A stretch of 64,000 nucleotides of DNA, taken from NCBI GenBank assembly GCA_963782115.1, contig CAWAIK010000001.1, positions 224,001-288,000 of the forward strand, in the 5' to 3' direction. Positions 9,701-17,494 of this stretch are shown here, piece by piece (the first letter of the stretch is position 1; each line of letters opens with the position of its first letter). Both the position numbers and the translations under genes were made by a program. This DNA is from an uncultured Verrucomicrobiae bacterium (lineage in GTDB: Bacteria > Verrucomicrobiota > Verrucomicrobiia > Chthoniobacterales > JAFAMB01). Below the pieces are notes generated by a model. It worked only from the letters and a program-made list of their open reading frames with translations, searched no databases and had not been told where the DNA came from.

Positions 9701-11468
9701 CAAACGGGCGCATCATGGCATCGCAACGCTCGACGGTTTGCCGGAACACGGGCTCGTGCTGAATGAGTTCGCGGCCCATGCCCCACCACTGCGGACCCTG
9801 GCCGCTCATGACGAAAGCGACGCGTGGCGGATGCGTTTGCCGTGGCGTGAAGGCCGTGCGGACTTTAGAGCCCTGTTGGCCTGCCGCATAGCCATTGAAC
9901 TCATGGATCACTTCTCCGATCGACTGCGCAACGAGTGTGAGCCGGTACGGATGGTGATTGCGCTTGGCCCCGAGGGTATAAGTCAGCTCCGGCAGCACGG
10001 GCGAGTTGCCATTCGCGTTTGACCGCTCATCCAACCAGGCGCTCAGGCGCAATGCCGAAGAGCGCAGAGCCTCCTCGGATCGGGCGGAAAGCACCAATGG
10101 CCACGCACGGTTTGGGTCGGTCCCTAAATGTTCCGTCTGGAGGTGTGACGGCGCCTCCGTGAGAAGGACGTGCGCGTTGGCACCACCAAATCCAAACGAA
10201 TTGACGCCCACTATGCGCGCGCCAACAGTCGCCGGGAAGGGTTCCAGGGTGGTGGGTACGCGGAGTTTCAGAGCAACGAAGTCGATGTTCGGGTTGGCGG
10301 TTTCGAAGTGCAAGCTGGCCGGAATGCGCCCGTGCTTTAGCACCAACAGCGCCTTAACCAGACCTGCGACGCCCGCCGCGGTTTCCAGGTGACCCAGGTT
10401 CGTCTTCACGGACCCGATAAGCAGCGGTGATTCCTCCGAGCGGTCTTCGCAAAGTGCCTCAGCGAGCGCGTGGGCCTCGATCGGATCGCCTACTGCAGTG
10501 CCGGTTCCGTGGGCCTCGACGAATCCGATCTGAGACGGGTCGATGTCGGCGTCCGCACATGCATCGCGCACCAGCCGAGCCTGCGCCTGCGCGCTGGGTA
10601 GAGAAATTCCATTGGTATGGCCGTCCTGGTTAAGAGCAGTCCCGATGATCACTCCGTGGATCGGATCGCCATCGGCGATTGCCTGGGAGAGTCGCTTTAG
10701 AAGCACCATGCCTGCTCCTTCGCCGCGAACGAAGCCATCGGCCGATGCGTCGAAGGCCTTGCACCGGCCATCCGGAGACAGCATTGAAGCTTGAGAAAAG
10801 CCGATGAATCCGCCCGCGGTTATCATCACCGTGACGCCGCCCGCGAGCGCCGCGTCGCCGCGGCCCGCCCGGATGTATTCGCACGCCGCGTGCACCGCTG
10901 TTAGCGCAGACGAACATGCGGTATCCATTGCGACGCTCGGTCCGCGCAGATTGAAGCAGTAGGAGATGCGGTTGGCGGCGATACTGTGAGCGCAACCGGT
11001 GGGTGAGTGCGGACCGATCCCGGAATGCTCCCATGGCGTACCCTGAATCCCCTGATATTCATTGTGAGAAATTCCAACGAACACTCCGAGGTCGGTTCCC
11101 CGCTCGAGATCGAGCACCAGGCCCGCATCCTCCATCGCCTCCCAGGCTGTCTCCAGGAGTAAGCGATGCTGCGGATCCACGTAGGGCGCTTCCCGGGGCG
11201 AGATCCCGAAAAACTGCGGGTCAAACTGATCGATACCCTCCAAAAACCCCCCGCGGCGAGCGATCGACTTGCCCGGCAGACCGGGCTCCGGATCGAAAAA
11301 TCGTTCGATGTTCCAGCGGTCGGACGGCACATCACTCACCGCCTCGCGACCCTCCACGAGCAGCTTCCAGAATGAGTCTGTGTCATTCACTCCGCCGGGA
11401 AAGCGGCAGCCGGTGCCGATGATTGCGATGCGATCTTTAGTCAAAGAAGTTGGAGCTGCCATAATCAA
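3744..11468 (-). CDS. Type I polyketide synthase, single module KS-AT-DH-cMT-ER-KR-ACP, no thioesterase
   Basis: KS: DTACSS, HGTGT, NLGH. AT: GHSVG, HPFH. DH: HKVENLVVFP, LFDGALQ. MT: LEVGAGTGG. ER: LVHAGAGGVG. KR: VTGAFGGFG, IDD, SYGAAN. ACP: LGLDSL. Confidence 0.96.
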   Translation of the reverse strand: MIMAAPTSLTKDRIAIIGTGCRFPGGVNDTDSFWKLLVEGREAVSDVPSDRWNIERFFDPEPGLPGKSIARRGGFLEGIDQFDPQFFGISPREAPYVDPQHRLLLETAWEAMEDAGLVLDLERGTDLGVFVGISHNEYQGIQGTPWEHSGIGPHSPTGCAHSIAANRISYCFNLRGPSVAMDTACSSALTAVHAACEYIRAGRGDAALAGGVTVMITAGGFIGFSQASMLSPDGRCKAFDASADGFVRGEGAGMVLLKRLSQAIADGDPIHGVIIGTALNQDGHTNGISLPSAQAQARLVRDACADADIDPSQIGFVEAHGTGTAVGDPIEAHALAEALCEDRSEESPLLIGSVKTNLGHLETAAGVAGLVKALLVLKHGRIPASLHFETANPNIDFVALKLRVPTTLEPFPATVGARIVGVNSFGFGGANAHVLLTEAPSHLQTEHLGTDPNRAWPLVLSARSEEALRSSALRLSAWLDERSNANGNSPVLPELTYTLGAKRNHHPYRLTLVAQSIGEVIHEFNGYAAGQQGSKVRTAFTPRQTHPPRVAFVMSGQGPQWWGMGRELIQHEPVFRQTVERCDAMMRPFGRFSVMEELGRTEEASQMHRTEIAQPAIFTIQVALAELWKSWGVQPAALVGHSVGEVAAACVAGVLSLEEAARVIVLRSRFMDDCARGEGTMLAIGLDEDSARALIARHDRTATIAAFNGPRSLTVAGSRMSLDAMAAELELGGVFVRFVQVDHPFHHRLMQPASEALEKALEDLTPQAGTVPFFSTVTGQQCVGGACDAGYWGRGVRQPVQFALAVNMLMEAGVDVWLEIGAQPALVHSIQECLAGRAEKAPVFSSARREREHESVLETAMDLHRSGVALNFAKMTPSRRLLSLPTYSWDKSRWWHESSDWREGRLGSGGRGLLDIRLPRATPTWSAELDGRHMAFLKDHKVENLVVFPASAFVEMVLEAGVQLFNGRPFVVEDLEIRKPLILPDLVSGLHLEVAYDPHERTFSIQSKLEQSAAWSLHVVGSMRGERTDAGFASSAWERKGAIGMKRVEPEDFYRNMSDMGLRYGDEFRPIRELSAGDGESVGRVSLSDAIIRRANEYSLHPVLFDGALQIFSAGAATVEDRKARLKLPVRFAKILFLRSPGASSLVRTGVQQCNDEYVEGRLEMYDGAGKPCVLIDGFRAVSVSGARRSGALGGSRSVLYHLAWERTPAQSRPASQPSVPLDRLRRAAQDALDQVIATRGRADLQNAMAAGDELAAALLARGVREMAAVSGSSESYTANSLRVAEPMRTVFERLMAGLAKRGWLEKDGEGHRATPSLVSAADSAEEMLRSFISNHSGHLSEGLLCAANCAELGPILRGEKDAVQVLFAGTSAEFLDQFYGEGLYTSHWLAAIAAAIQEAARHLPEGRGLRILEVGAGTGGLTSHVLPLIERDLHSYVFSDVSPAFFSGAMQKLASFPGVEYKIFDLEKPGTEQGFEAGAFDFIIGTNVLHAVSDLRSTLRHIHELLTPGGSLVFMDVAIPQLWTEAVFGLMTGWWRFTDRDLRPLHPLLGRSQWEAVLRETGFDETASLPGLLGPDGEGQIGLLARKPWHDLAAAASPSREPHLEIPAEKSWLIFADRSGLGDKLASQLRGVDVRCRVARRGDHFALDGEDSFILRSEALEDWKQLLHECAEDAPPERFVYLWSLDAPRPNAEGDAALMGTDALLHLIQAVEDIKYSAKLRMDLITRGAQPPGRAMNAVAVAQAPLVGLLRVIRNEYPNFSGRGIDLPPDASASDESLLWSELLREDAEREVAFRGEARYVQRLVRGRALHEEWLDPTAPLRLESRERGHLDTLLFMPFALPACGVGEVLIEVKAAGMNFRDVLKALALYPGEAPDAGIFGDEVAGVVKAVGAGVHHVAPGDRVFGLAVFGLASHTLARGGNVRRIPGGLSFEQAATLPVVFMTAWHALQNVARMREGERILVHAGAGGVGMAAIQIAHHLGAEVLATAGSPAKRALLGTLGVQHVIDSRRADFTGAVMELTGRRGVDVVLNSLAAEAIPMGLSCLAEFGRFIEIGKRDIYQNARIPLWPLRRNASFHVVAMDAVFSGDEALTQRILEEISRLVENGVLFPLPFRSFPACRVDSAFRLMAQGKHIGKVVVAFPEAFLPRRGEPLQPTFTIDSKGCYLVTGAFGGFGKVLAQWLVEGGARHLVLTSRSGAAAPDAEAFVQTLRKRGVDVRVVQADIGSPADVARLISEIRSADRPLRGLFHLAMVIDDAPLVSLTRERIRSVMAPKAYGAWLLHESTRDFDLDCFVMFSSVSSIFGNPAQGSYGAANAFLDSLAHHRRALGLPALTINWGVLGGEGYVARNTRVAEFLARQGTAELSPREVMTLLESSLTAGATQVMAIRVDWAKWRQFFRGMQENPLLERIFAAVEGQETGRATGDLRLKIKSATPEELAGIIQQAVRDSVGSVLRVKPDTLRDDQPLTDLGLDSLMGVEIENSIEGSLGVSLPQASLIRARTIGQIVSLIAEHMGAKSAGGTLAATAAGISVPESASADEVNLEALSDEEIAQLLGDEAVSDGPPDPREAVR

Positions 11469-11714
11469 TCGGAAGCTGCTAAGCTAAATTCCGATCGTGA
11501 CAAGTCAATGCTGTGCTGGCCTTTGTAAAGCGTGTTGTCACATTCAGCAACGCACGGGAGGAAGGAAGGCCGACCCGATACTGCAGCGAAGAAACATCGA
11601 TCCGGCCCTGCGCTTTGTATCTCCTTGTCTGCCTCCAATCCCTTTGAGGTACACCGAAACTGGTCAAAAAAATAGTTGTCCGCCGGCCAGGGTCTGGACT
11701 AAAGGCTGACTACT

Positions 11715-13691
11715 ATGTGCGGCATCGCTGGTATCGTCGATCTAGCCGGACGCCGAACGATAACGGAGGGCATCGTCCAAAGGATGACGCAGGCGATATT
11801 TCACCGCGGCCCTGACGAGGAGGGCTATTTTAAGAGATCTGGCGTTGTTTTTGGATCGCGGCGGCTCAGTATCGTCGGCCTGGCGGATGGGCAGCAGCCG
11901 GTCGCCAACGAAGACCGGAGTGTGTTTGCCGTGTTCAATGGAGAGTTCTTTGACTACCCCGAGAAACGCGCAGAGCTGGAAGCGCGCGGGCACCGACTGG
12001 TCACTCACTGCGATACTGAAATTATCCCACACTTTTGGGAAGAGCGTCAGGAAGGCATGTTCGAGAGGCTACGCGGCCAGTTCGCCTTGGCGCTGTGGGA
12101 TGAGCGCCGGCATCGTTTGGTGCTTGGACGCGATCGTTTCGGCATCTGTCCGCTCTACTGGACACGTCAGGGGGACTGGCTTTTGTTCGCCTCGGAAATC
12201 AAGGCTCTTCTGGCTTCGGGTATGGTGCCTGCGCGACCCGATCTGCGCGGTATAGACCACATTTTTACGTTTGCCGCTCTACCGGGGCCGATAACCTGCT
12301 TTGAAGGTGTGCAGCTTCTGCCTGCTGGGCACTATCTGCAAATAAGTCCGGCGAGCGATCACGGCGCGACGTCCGTCGTCAGCGAACGTGCGTACTGGGA
12401 GATGGATTTCCCGGATCGTGGCGACGAGAACCGTGGGCCGGATTCGCGCGCTCTGGTGGATCGCTTTGAAAAGTTCATGCTGGATGCTGTGGAGAAGCGA
12501 CTGCGAGCGGATGTGCCGGTGGGTGCCTATTTGTCGGGTGGCGTGGATTCGAGCATGATCGCTGCGCTCGCCTGCCATCTAAAGGGTCCGGCGATTAACA
12601 CCTACACGATTCGCGTCGACGCTCCTGAACTCGACGAACTCAGTGCGGCCAATCTCGTGGCCCGGCACATCGGCACGAAGCCGCCGATCGTCCAGGATTG
12701 CAGAGCCGCCGACGTCCTCAACACTTATCCCCAGCTCATCGAAGCGGCAGAGGCTCCGGTAATCGACACCTCGTGTGCAGCTCTGCTTCAATTGGCGCAT
12801 CGCGTTCATGCGTGCGGCCAGAAAGTGGTGCTAACCGGGGAAGGGGCCGACGAATGGCTGGTCGGTTATCCTTGGTATAAAGGGGCCAAAGCGCTGGGCT
12901 TTCTGGACCTCTTGCCCGGACTGCCTCTCAGCGATGGCGTACGCCGCTCCTATCTTTCGCTGCGCAAAGTCCCCCAATATCCTCGCGAGTTTCGACGTAA
13001 GGTGGAGGAATCCGTCGGCGGTCCCAACGCCTGGATTGATGCTTACGGGCTTCTCGGGCTCTCAAAGCTTCGCTTCTACGCTGCGCCAATGCGCGACGTG
13101 CTCGAGAAATTCAATCCCTGGACTGATCTGCACATTCCACTGGAGCGTGCCAAACGCTGGCACCCGCTGAATCGGGGCATCTGGGTCGCAGCACGCGTCA
13201 CTCTGGCGGGACTCCTGCTTCAGGCCAAAGGGGATCGTGTGTCGATGCACTCCTCTGTGGAGGTGCGATATCCTTTCCTCGATGAAGAGGTCTTCGATTT
13301 TTTGGCGGGAGTGCACCCGCGTTGGAAACTCCGCGGTTTTCGGGACAAACACTTGCTGCGCCTCCTGGCCGAACGTTGGCTTCCACCATCCGTCTACCGA
13401 CGGCGCAAGGTTATCTTCCGCGCTCCGCTGGACAGTTTCCACATTGAACCGGAGCCGGCGTTTGTCGCGCAGCTCTTAGGCGAAGAATCGCTGCGGCGAA
13501 CAGGATATTTTGAGGTTGCGGCGGTGCATCACTGGCGGCGGGCTTTTCGCGTGATGCCCGCCGGCTCTCTGCCGCGCCTTTCCGTGGAGATGGGTTTGAC
13601 GGCGGTCGTGGCGACTCAGCTCTGGCATCACCTGTTCCTTGGCGGGAAACTAGCAGAATTGCCGACATGGACAAACCGTGGGCAAGCATAG
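11715..13691 (+). CDS. asnB: Asparagine synthetase B-like glutamine amidotransferase
   Basis: N-terminal MCGIAG (Ntn Cys), HRGPD, FNGE, YLSGGVDSS PP-loop, VLTGEGADE, EVRYPFLD. Confidence 0.9.
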   Translation: MCGIAGIVDLAGRRTITEGIVQRMTQAIFHRGPDEEGYFKRSGVVFGSRRLSIVGLADGQQPVANEDRSVFAVFNGEFFDYPEKRAELEARGHRLVTHCDTEIIPHFWEERQEGMFERLRGQFALALWDERRHRLVLGRDRFGICPLYWTRQGDWLLFASEIKALLASGMVPARPDLRGIDHIFTFAALPGPITCFEGVQLLPAGHYLQISPASDHGATSVVSERAYWEMDFPDRGDENRGPDSRALVDRFEKFMLDAVEKRLRADVPVGAYLSGGVDSSMIAALACHLKGPAINTYTIRVDAPELDELSAANLVARHIGTKPPIVQDCRAADVLNTYPQLIEAAEAPVIDTSCAALLQLAHRVHACGQKVVLTGEGADEWLVGYPWYKGAKALGFLDLLPGLPLSDGVRRSYLSLRKVPQYPREFRRKVEESVGGPNAWIDAYGLLGLSKLRFYAAPMRDVLEKFNPWTDLHIPLERAKRWHPLNRGIWVAARVTLAGLLLQAKGDRVSMHSSVEVRYPFLDEEVFDFLAGVHPRWKLRGFRDKHLLRLLAERWLPPSVYRRRKVIFRAPLDSFHIEPEPAFVAQLLGEESLRRTGYFEVAAVHHWRRAFRVMPAGSLPRLSVEMGLTAVVATQLWHHLFLGGKLAELPTWTNRGQA

Positions 13692-13700
13692 GCTAAACAA

Positions 13701-15038
13701 ATGAAAAAACGCCGCTACGTCATCGCACCATGGATACTGGCAGGGCTTTTGCTGACAAGCTGTCTCAGCGGCTGCTCAATCCTGCAAAGACATGCGCCGA
13801 ATGTTTCGCACGACCGCGCGTTCATCGATTACTGGCCGGCCCCTCGCAACAGCAAGCAGTTGAGGCTTGCAGTCAAAGATAACATCGATATGAAAGGCGT
13901 CGTCACCAGCGCCGGCTCTGAATATGTCTCTAAGAACAATCCGCCGGCTGCGCGTGATGCGGACTGCCTGGCTATCGCGCGCAAGCGAAACGTGCGGATC
14001 GTGGGAAAGACAAACCTCAGCGAATTTGCTGTGGCTCCTTCCGGCCTGAACGATTACTTCGGAACTCCGAAAAATCCACTCAGCAAGCGGCGCAAGCTCA
14101 TACCGGGAGGTTCGTCGAGCGGTTCAGCGGTGGCGGTCGCAAACGGAGGTGCCGACGTCGCCTTTGGAACGGATACCGCGGGTTCCATCCGCGTACCGGC
14201 AGCCTGCTGCGGCGTTGTTGGATTGAAGACTACTTTTGGCCTCATTTCCACAAAGGGTGTATTCCCGATTGAGTCAAAGCATCTGGATACAGTGGGGCCG
14301 ATGGGCAAAGACGTGGCTCACGTTGTACAAGGGATGGACCTTTTGCAAGACGGGTTTACCACACGATATCGAACAGCCATGGCCGCCAAACCGTCGGCCA
14401 AGAAGATTAGAATTGGACGACTTTACCTGAGCGGCACCGACCCTAAGATCGACAAAGCAGTGGATCAAGCTCTCGCCCAAGGACATTTTCAAGTGATCAC
14501 ACTGAACCACAGCTTCAAAACGAAGTGGGATCAGGCCAAAAATGATGGAAATACCGTGGCGGCAGCTGGCGCTTGGGTAAGCGATCGAGAGTACATATAC
14601 AAGAGGGGAGTGCGTATCAGGACCCTGGCGGCGGTAGTCTTGGGGAGAGTTTTATATCCCGCCCAGTACCGGGGAGCCCTCCGTAGGCGGGCGCAGTGGC
14701 AGCACGCTCTCGGCCAAATCTTCAAAAAGGTCGACTTCATTGCTCTCCCAACGCTTCAGTCCTTGCCTCCGACCATCCCGCGTATTGGAAAAATAGCCCT
14801 TTTAGAAGCGCGAGTGCTGATTATGCAAAACACCGTGCCGGTAAATCTTGCCGGAAATCCTGCGCTTGCGGTACCGATTCCGGTGAATGATAAGACCGTT
14901 CCCGTCACCAGCCTGCAGCTTGTCGGACCCCGGTTGAGCGAAGCAGCACTTCTAAATGCGGGTCGCCTGATTGAGGCCGAACGTCCACAGCTTGAACAGC
15001 AGGTGCGCGGCCGCAAAATTCTCCTGCGCACGCGCTGA
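13701..15038 (+). CDS. Amidase-signature family amidase, probable lipoprotein
   Basis: AVKDN (Lys), GGSSSGS and GTDTAGSIR (Ser-cisSer-Lys triad). N-terminal basic plus hydrophobic signal ending LTSC/LSGC. Confidence 0.88.
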   Translation: MKKRRYVIAPWILAGLLLTSCLSGCSILQRHAPNVSHDRAFIDYWPAPRNSKQLRLAVKDNIDMKGVVTSAGSEYVSKNNPPAARDADCLAIARKRNVRIVGKTNLSEFAVAPSGLNDYFGTPKNPLSKRRKLIPGGSSSGSAVAVANGGADVAFGTDTAGSIRVPAACCGVVGLKTTFGLISTKGVFPIESKHLDTVGPMGKDVAHVVQGMDLLQDGFTTRYRTAMAAKPSAKKIRIGRLYLSGTDPKIDKAVDQALAQGHFQVITLNHSFKTKWDQAKNDGNTVAAAGAWVSDREYIYKRGVRIRTLAAVVLGRVLYPAQYRGALRRRAQWQHALGQIFKKVDFIALPTLQSLPPTIPRIGKIALLEARVLIMQNTVPVNLAGNPALAVPIPVNDKTVPVTSLQLVGPRLSEAALLNAGRLIEAERPQLEQQVRGRKILLRTR

Positions 15039-15144
15039 AAGCACCGGTGAGCACGCCGCGGCGTTACGGGGTTGCTGGTGCGCAAATGTGCTGCTAGTAT
15101 ATCAGCCGCGACCGAACTTTTCGTCGCCAACGGTTTGGAAGTCC

Positions 15145-15912
15145 ATGAATCACGCTTTCTCCAGGATCCTTCCCGCGATCGCAGCGCTGCGAATGTCGGG
15201 GATGGCATTCGGGGCAGAGGCCGCTGACGACCTAATCGAAAAGGGCGACCTATTTTATGCGAAGTTGCAAGCTGCCAACGCGCTCAGATTCTACCTGCCC
15301 GCGGAAAAGCTTGAGCCGAATAACGTGCGCCTCCTGGTGCGAATCTCGCGCGAATACCGCCACCTGATGAGCGACGCCGCGACGCCGGAGCAGAAGCTTA
15401 GTCTCTGCAGCACTGCGGTGAACTATGCGAAGCGTGCCGCGGCTCTCGATCCGAATGAACCGGAAGCCCAGCTCGCCTTAGCGATCAGCTATGGAAAACT
15501 GGAACCCTTTGAAGGCATTCGGGAAAGACTCGAGACTGCGCGCGTTATCAAGGACGCCGCGGATAAGGTGATCGAGCTCGATCCGCGTAACGATTTGGGC
15601 TGGCACGTGCTGGGCCGTTGGCACATGGCGTTTGCCGATGTTGCCCCGGCCCTGCGTGTCCTGGCACAATTGACTTACGGCAAGCTGCCGGATTCTACGT
15701 ACGAAGACGCTACCAGATGCTTCGAGAAGGCGATCGAACTCAATCCCCATCGCCTCATGCACTACATTGAGCTTGGACGAGTCTACGCCCACATGGGACG
15801 AACCGACGACGCCCGGAGTTTCATCACCAAGGGTTTGGGGATGCGGGATACGGAAAAAGACGATCCCGAGATCAAGCGTCAAGGGAAAGAGTTGCTGGCA
15901 ACACTTCAATAA
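15145..15912 (+). CDS. Secreted TPR protein resembling the RMDN1-3/PTPIP51 TPR domain
   Basis: Helical repeats such as AAALDPNEPEA, VIELDPRNDLGWHVLGRW and FEKAIELNP. Signal-like N-terminus from ATG 15145. Confidence 0.75.
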   Translation: MNHAFSRILPAIAALRMSGMAFGAEAADDLIEKGDLFYAKLQAANALRFYLPAEKLEPNNVRLLVRISREYRHLMSDAATPEQKLSLCSTAVNYAKRAAALDPNEPEAQLALAISYGKLEPFEGIRERLETARVIKDAADKVIELDPRNDLGWHVLGRWHMAFADVAPALRVLAQLTYGKLPDSTYEDATRCFEKAIELNPHRLMHYIELGRVYAHMGRTDDARSFITKGLGMRDTEKDDPEIKRQGKELLATLQ

Positions 15913-15988
15913 AACTCCGGAGGCTAAACCGGAAGACACTTCGTAACAGATCGGACGTACTCGGACCGTCTCTTGATTACAACCTGTC

Positions 15989-16354
15989 ATGGCGCACGTT
16001 AGTGGCATGGTCGATTGGGAGGATCTTGCTCAACGGCACATTGCCGAGATTCAGCGCACACTGCCGGGGCCGATCCGGGCCCGAGCGTCAGAAGTCCCGG
16101 TCTTTTTCATTTGGGCAGGGGACGAAACAGGCGGCGCATGCCTGGGCATTTTCGAGGGGCACTCCTTAATGGAGGGACCGGCGGCTCAGCCCGACGAGTT
16201 GCCGCGGATCACCCTTTTCATCGACACCATCGCTCAAGTAGCAGATTTCCGGCAGACGGCTTTTCTTCGAGAGGTGCGGATTACCTACCTGCACGAATTG
16301 GGGCATTTCTTCGGGTGGGACGAAGAACAGATCGCAAATGTCGGCTTGGGATGA
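15989..16354 (+). CDS. Zincin-like minimal metallopeptidase family protein
   Basis: LGIFEG, RITLF, and an HELGHFFG zinc motif near the C-terminus. Confidence 0.8.
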   Translation: MAHVSGMVDWEDLAQRHIAEIQRTLPGPIRARASEVPVFFIWAGDETGGACLGIFEGHSLMEGPAAQPDELPRITLFIDTIAQVADFRQTAFLREVRITYLHELGHFFGWDEEQIANVGLG

Positions 16355-16447
16355 GGCACCGTCCGCCGTTCGGCGTCTCGCAATTTAATTCAAGCCGAAT
16401 CGAATCCCGTGTTCGGCAAAACTCTCATGGGAAAGCAGGTTCGGATT

Positions 16448-17491
16448 TCAGGCTGAAGCCTGTTCGCCGCGACCTCGAATCACCATTTTCAGAGCTTTAA
16501 GCTCTCCCCGAGCCATGCGCTCCATGACGCCGGGCGTTTCCTCGAGCGAGCACCAACCACTAATGAGCCGACGCAGCTGAATCTTCGTTCTCGACGCCAG
16601 ACGTACCGCTTTTTCAAATTCAGTGCGAGTGAATCCGTATGACCCGCGAAGGGTTGTCTCATTCGAAGTCACTCCCTGTAACGGAAGCGTGAACTCCTTG
16701 GCCAGATTTCCAATAAGAACGACCGTCCCGCCGAAGTCGCAGAGATCATACGCCGTCCGCACAGTGGCCGCCATTCCCACCGCTTCGAAGACGCCATTAG
16801 CCTTCCGTCCGCTGGTTTCGTCAGCGATAATCTGCGCCGCTAGATCACGATCGGCGCGGATCGTCTTCGCGCCAAATTTCTCTGCCAGTTCCAGCTTTTC
16901 GGCGATTTTATCGATGATAAAGATCGATTTTACACCGAGATCCCGCAGCACGACGACCAAGGCCAGGCCGATTGTCCCAGCCCCGACGATGGCCAGGATT
17001 GCGCTCTTATCCGGATTCATCAGGTGAACAGCGTGAAGAGCGACGGCAAGCGGCTCGGCAAAGAGACCAATCGCAGGATCAACTTGCGGATCGAGCCGGA
17101 AGGCCTGGCGCTGGTGACAGGTGAAGAAGTCTGCCATCGCGCCCCAGTGACCGGCGTTGACCCCGAGAATACGCTTTTCGGGACAGATATGTTCCATTCC
17201 AGCCAGGCAATGTCGGCAGATCCCGCATCCCAGGAGGGGAAAAACGGCCACCCGATCTCCGGGACGAAGCGAGGTAACCTTGGCGCCCGCCTTCGCCACG
17301 GTGCCGGCCACCTCATGCCCCATGACCATGCCTGGCTTTCGCCGACCGCTTTCCCCCGTAAAGCCATGGACATCGCTGCCGCAGATGCCAACCGCATCGG
17401 CGCGGATTAGCACCTCTTCGGAACCAAACGAGGGCGTCGGAGCCTCCTCGAGCGAGAATTGCCAAGGGCCGTTGAACTGGAGGATTTTCAT
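16448..17491 (-). CDS. Zn-dependent polyol/sugar alcohol dehydrogenase (MDR family)
   Basis: GICGSD, GHE, CGICRHC...C structural zinc site, GAGTIG. Confidence 0.9.
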   Translation of the reverse strand: MKILQFNGPWQFSLEEAPTPSFGSEEVLIRADAVGICGSDVHGFTGESGRRKPGMVMGHEVAGTVAKAGAKVTSLRPGDRVAVFPLLGCGICRHCLAGMEHICPEKRILGVNAGHWGAMADFFTCHQRQAFRLDPQVDPAIGLFAEPLAVALHAVHLMNPDKSAILAIVGAGTIGLALVVVLRDLGVKSIFIIDKIAEKLELAEKFGAKTIRADRDLAAQIIADETSGRKANGVFEAVGMAATVRTAYDLCDFGGTVVLIGNLAKEFTLPLQGVTSNETTLRGSYGFTRTEFEKAVRLASRTKIQLRRLISGWCSLEETPGVMERMARGELKALKMVIRGRGEQASA

Positions 17492-17494
17492 AGA

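Noticed and set aside
11715..13691. AsnB-like gene as a lasso-peptide cyclase
   Set aside because: It has an intact Ntn glutaminase domain (MCG), and no B1/B2 proteins or precursor peptide are nearby.
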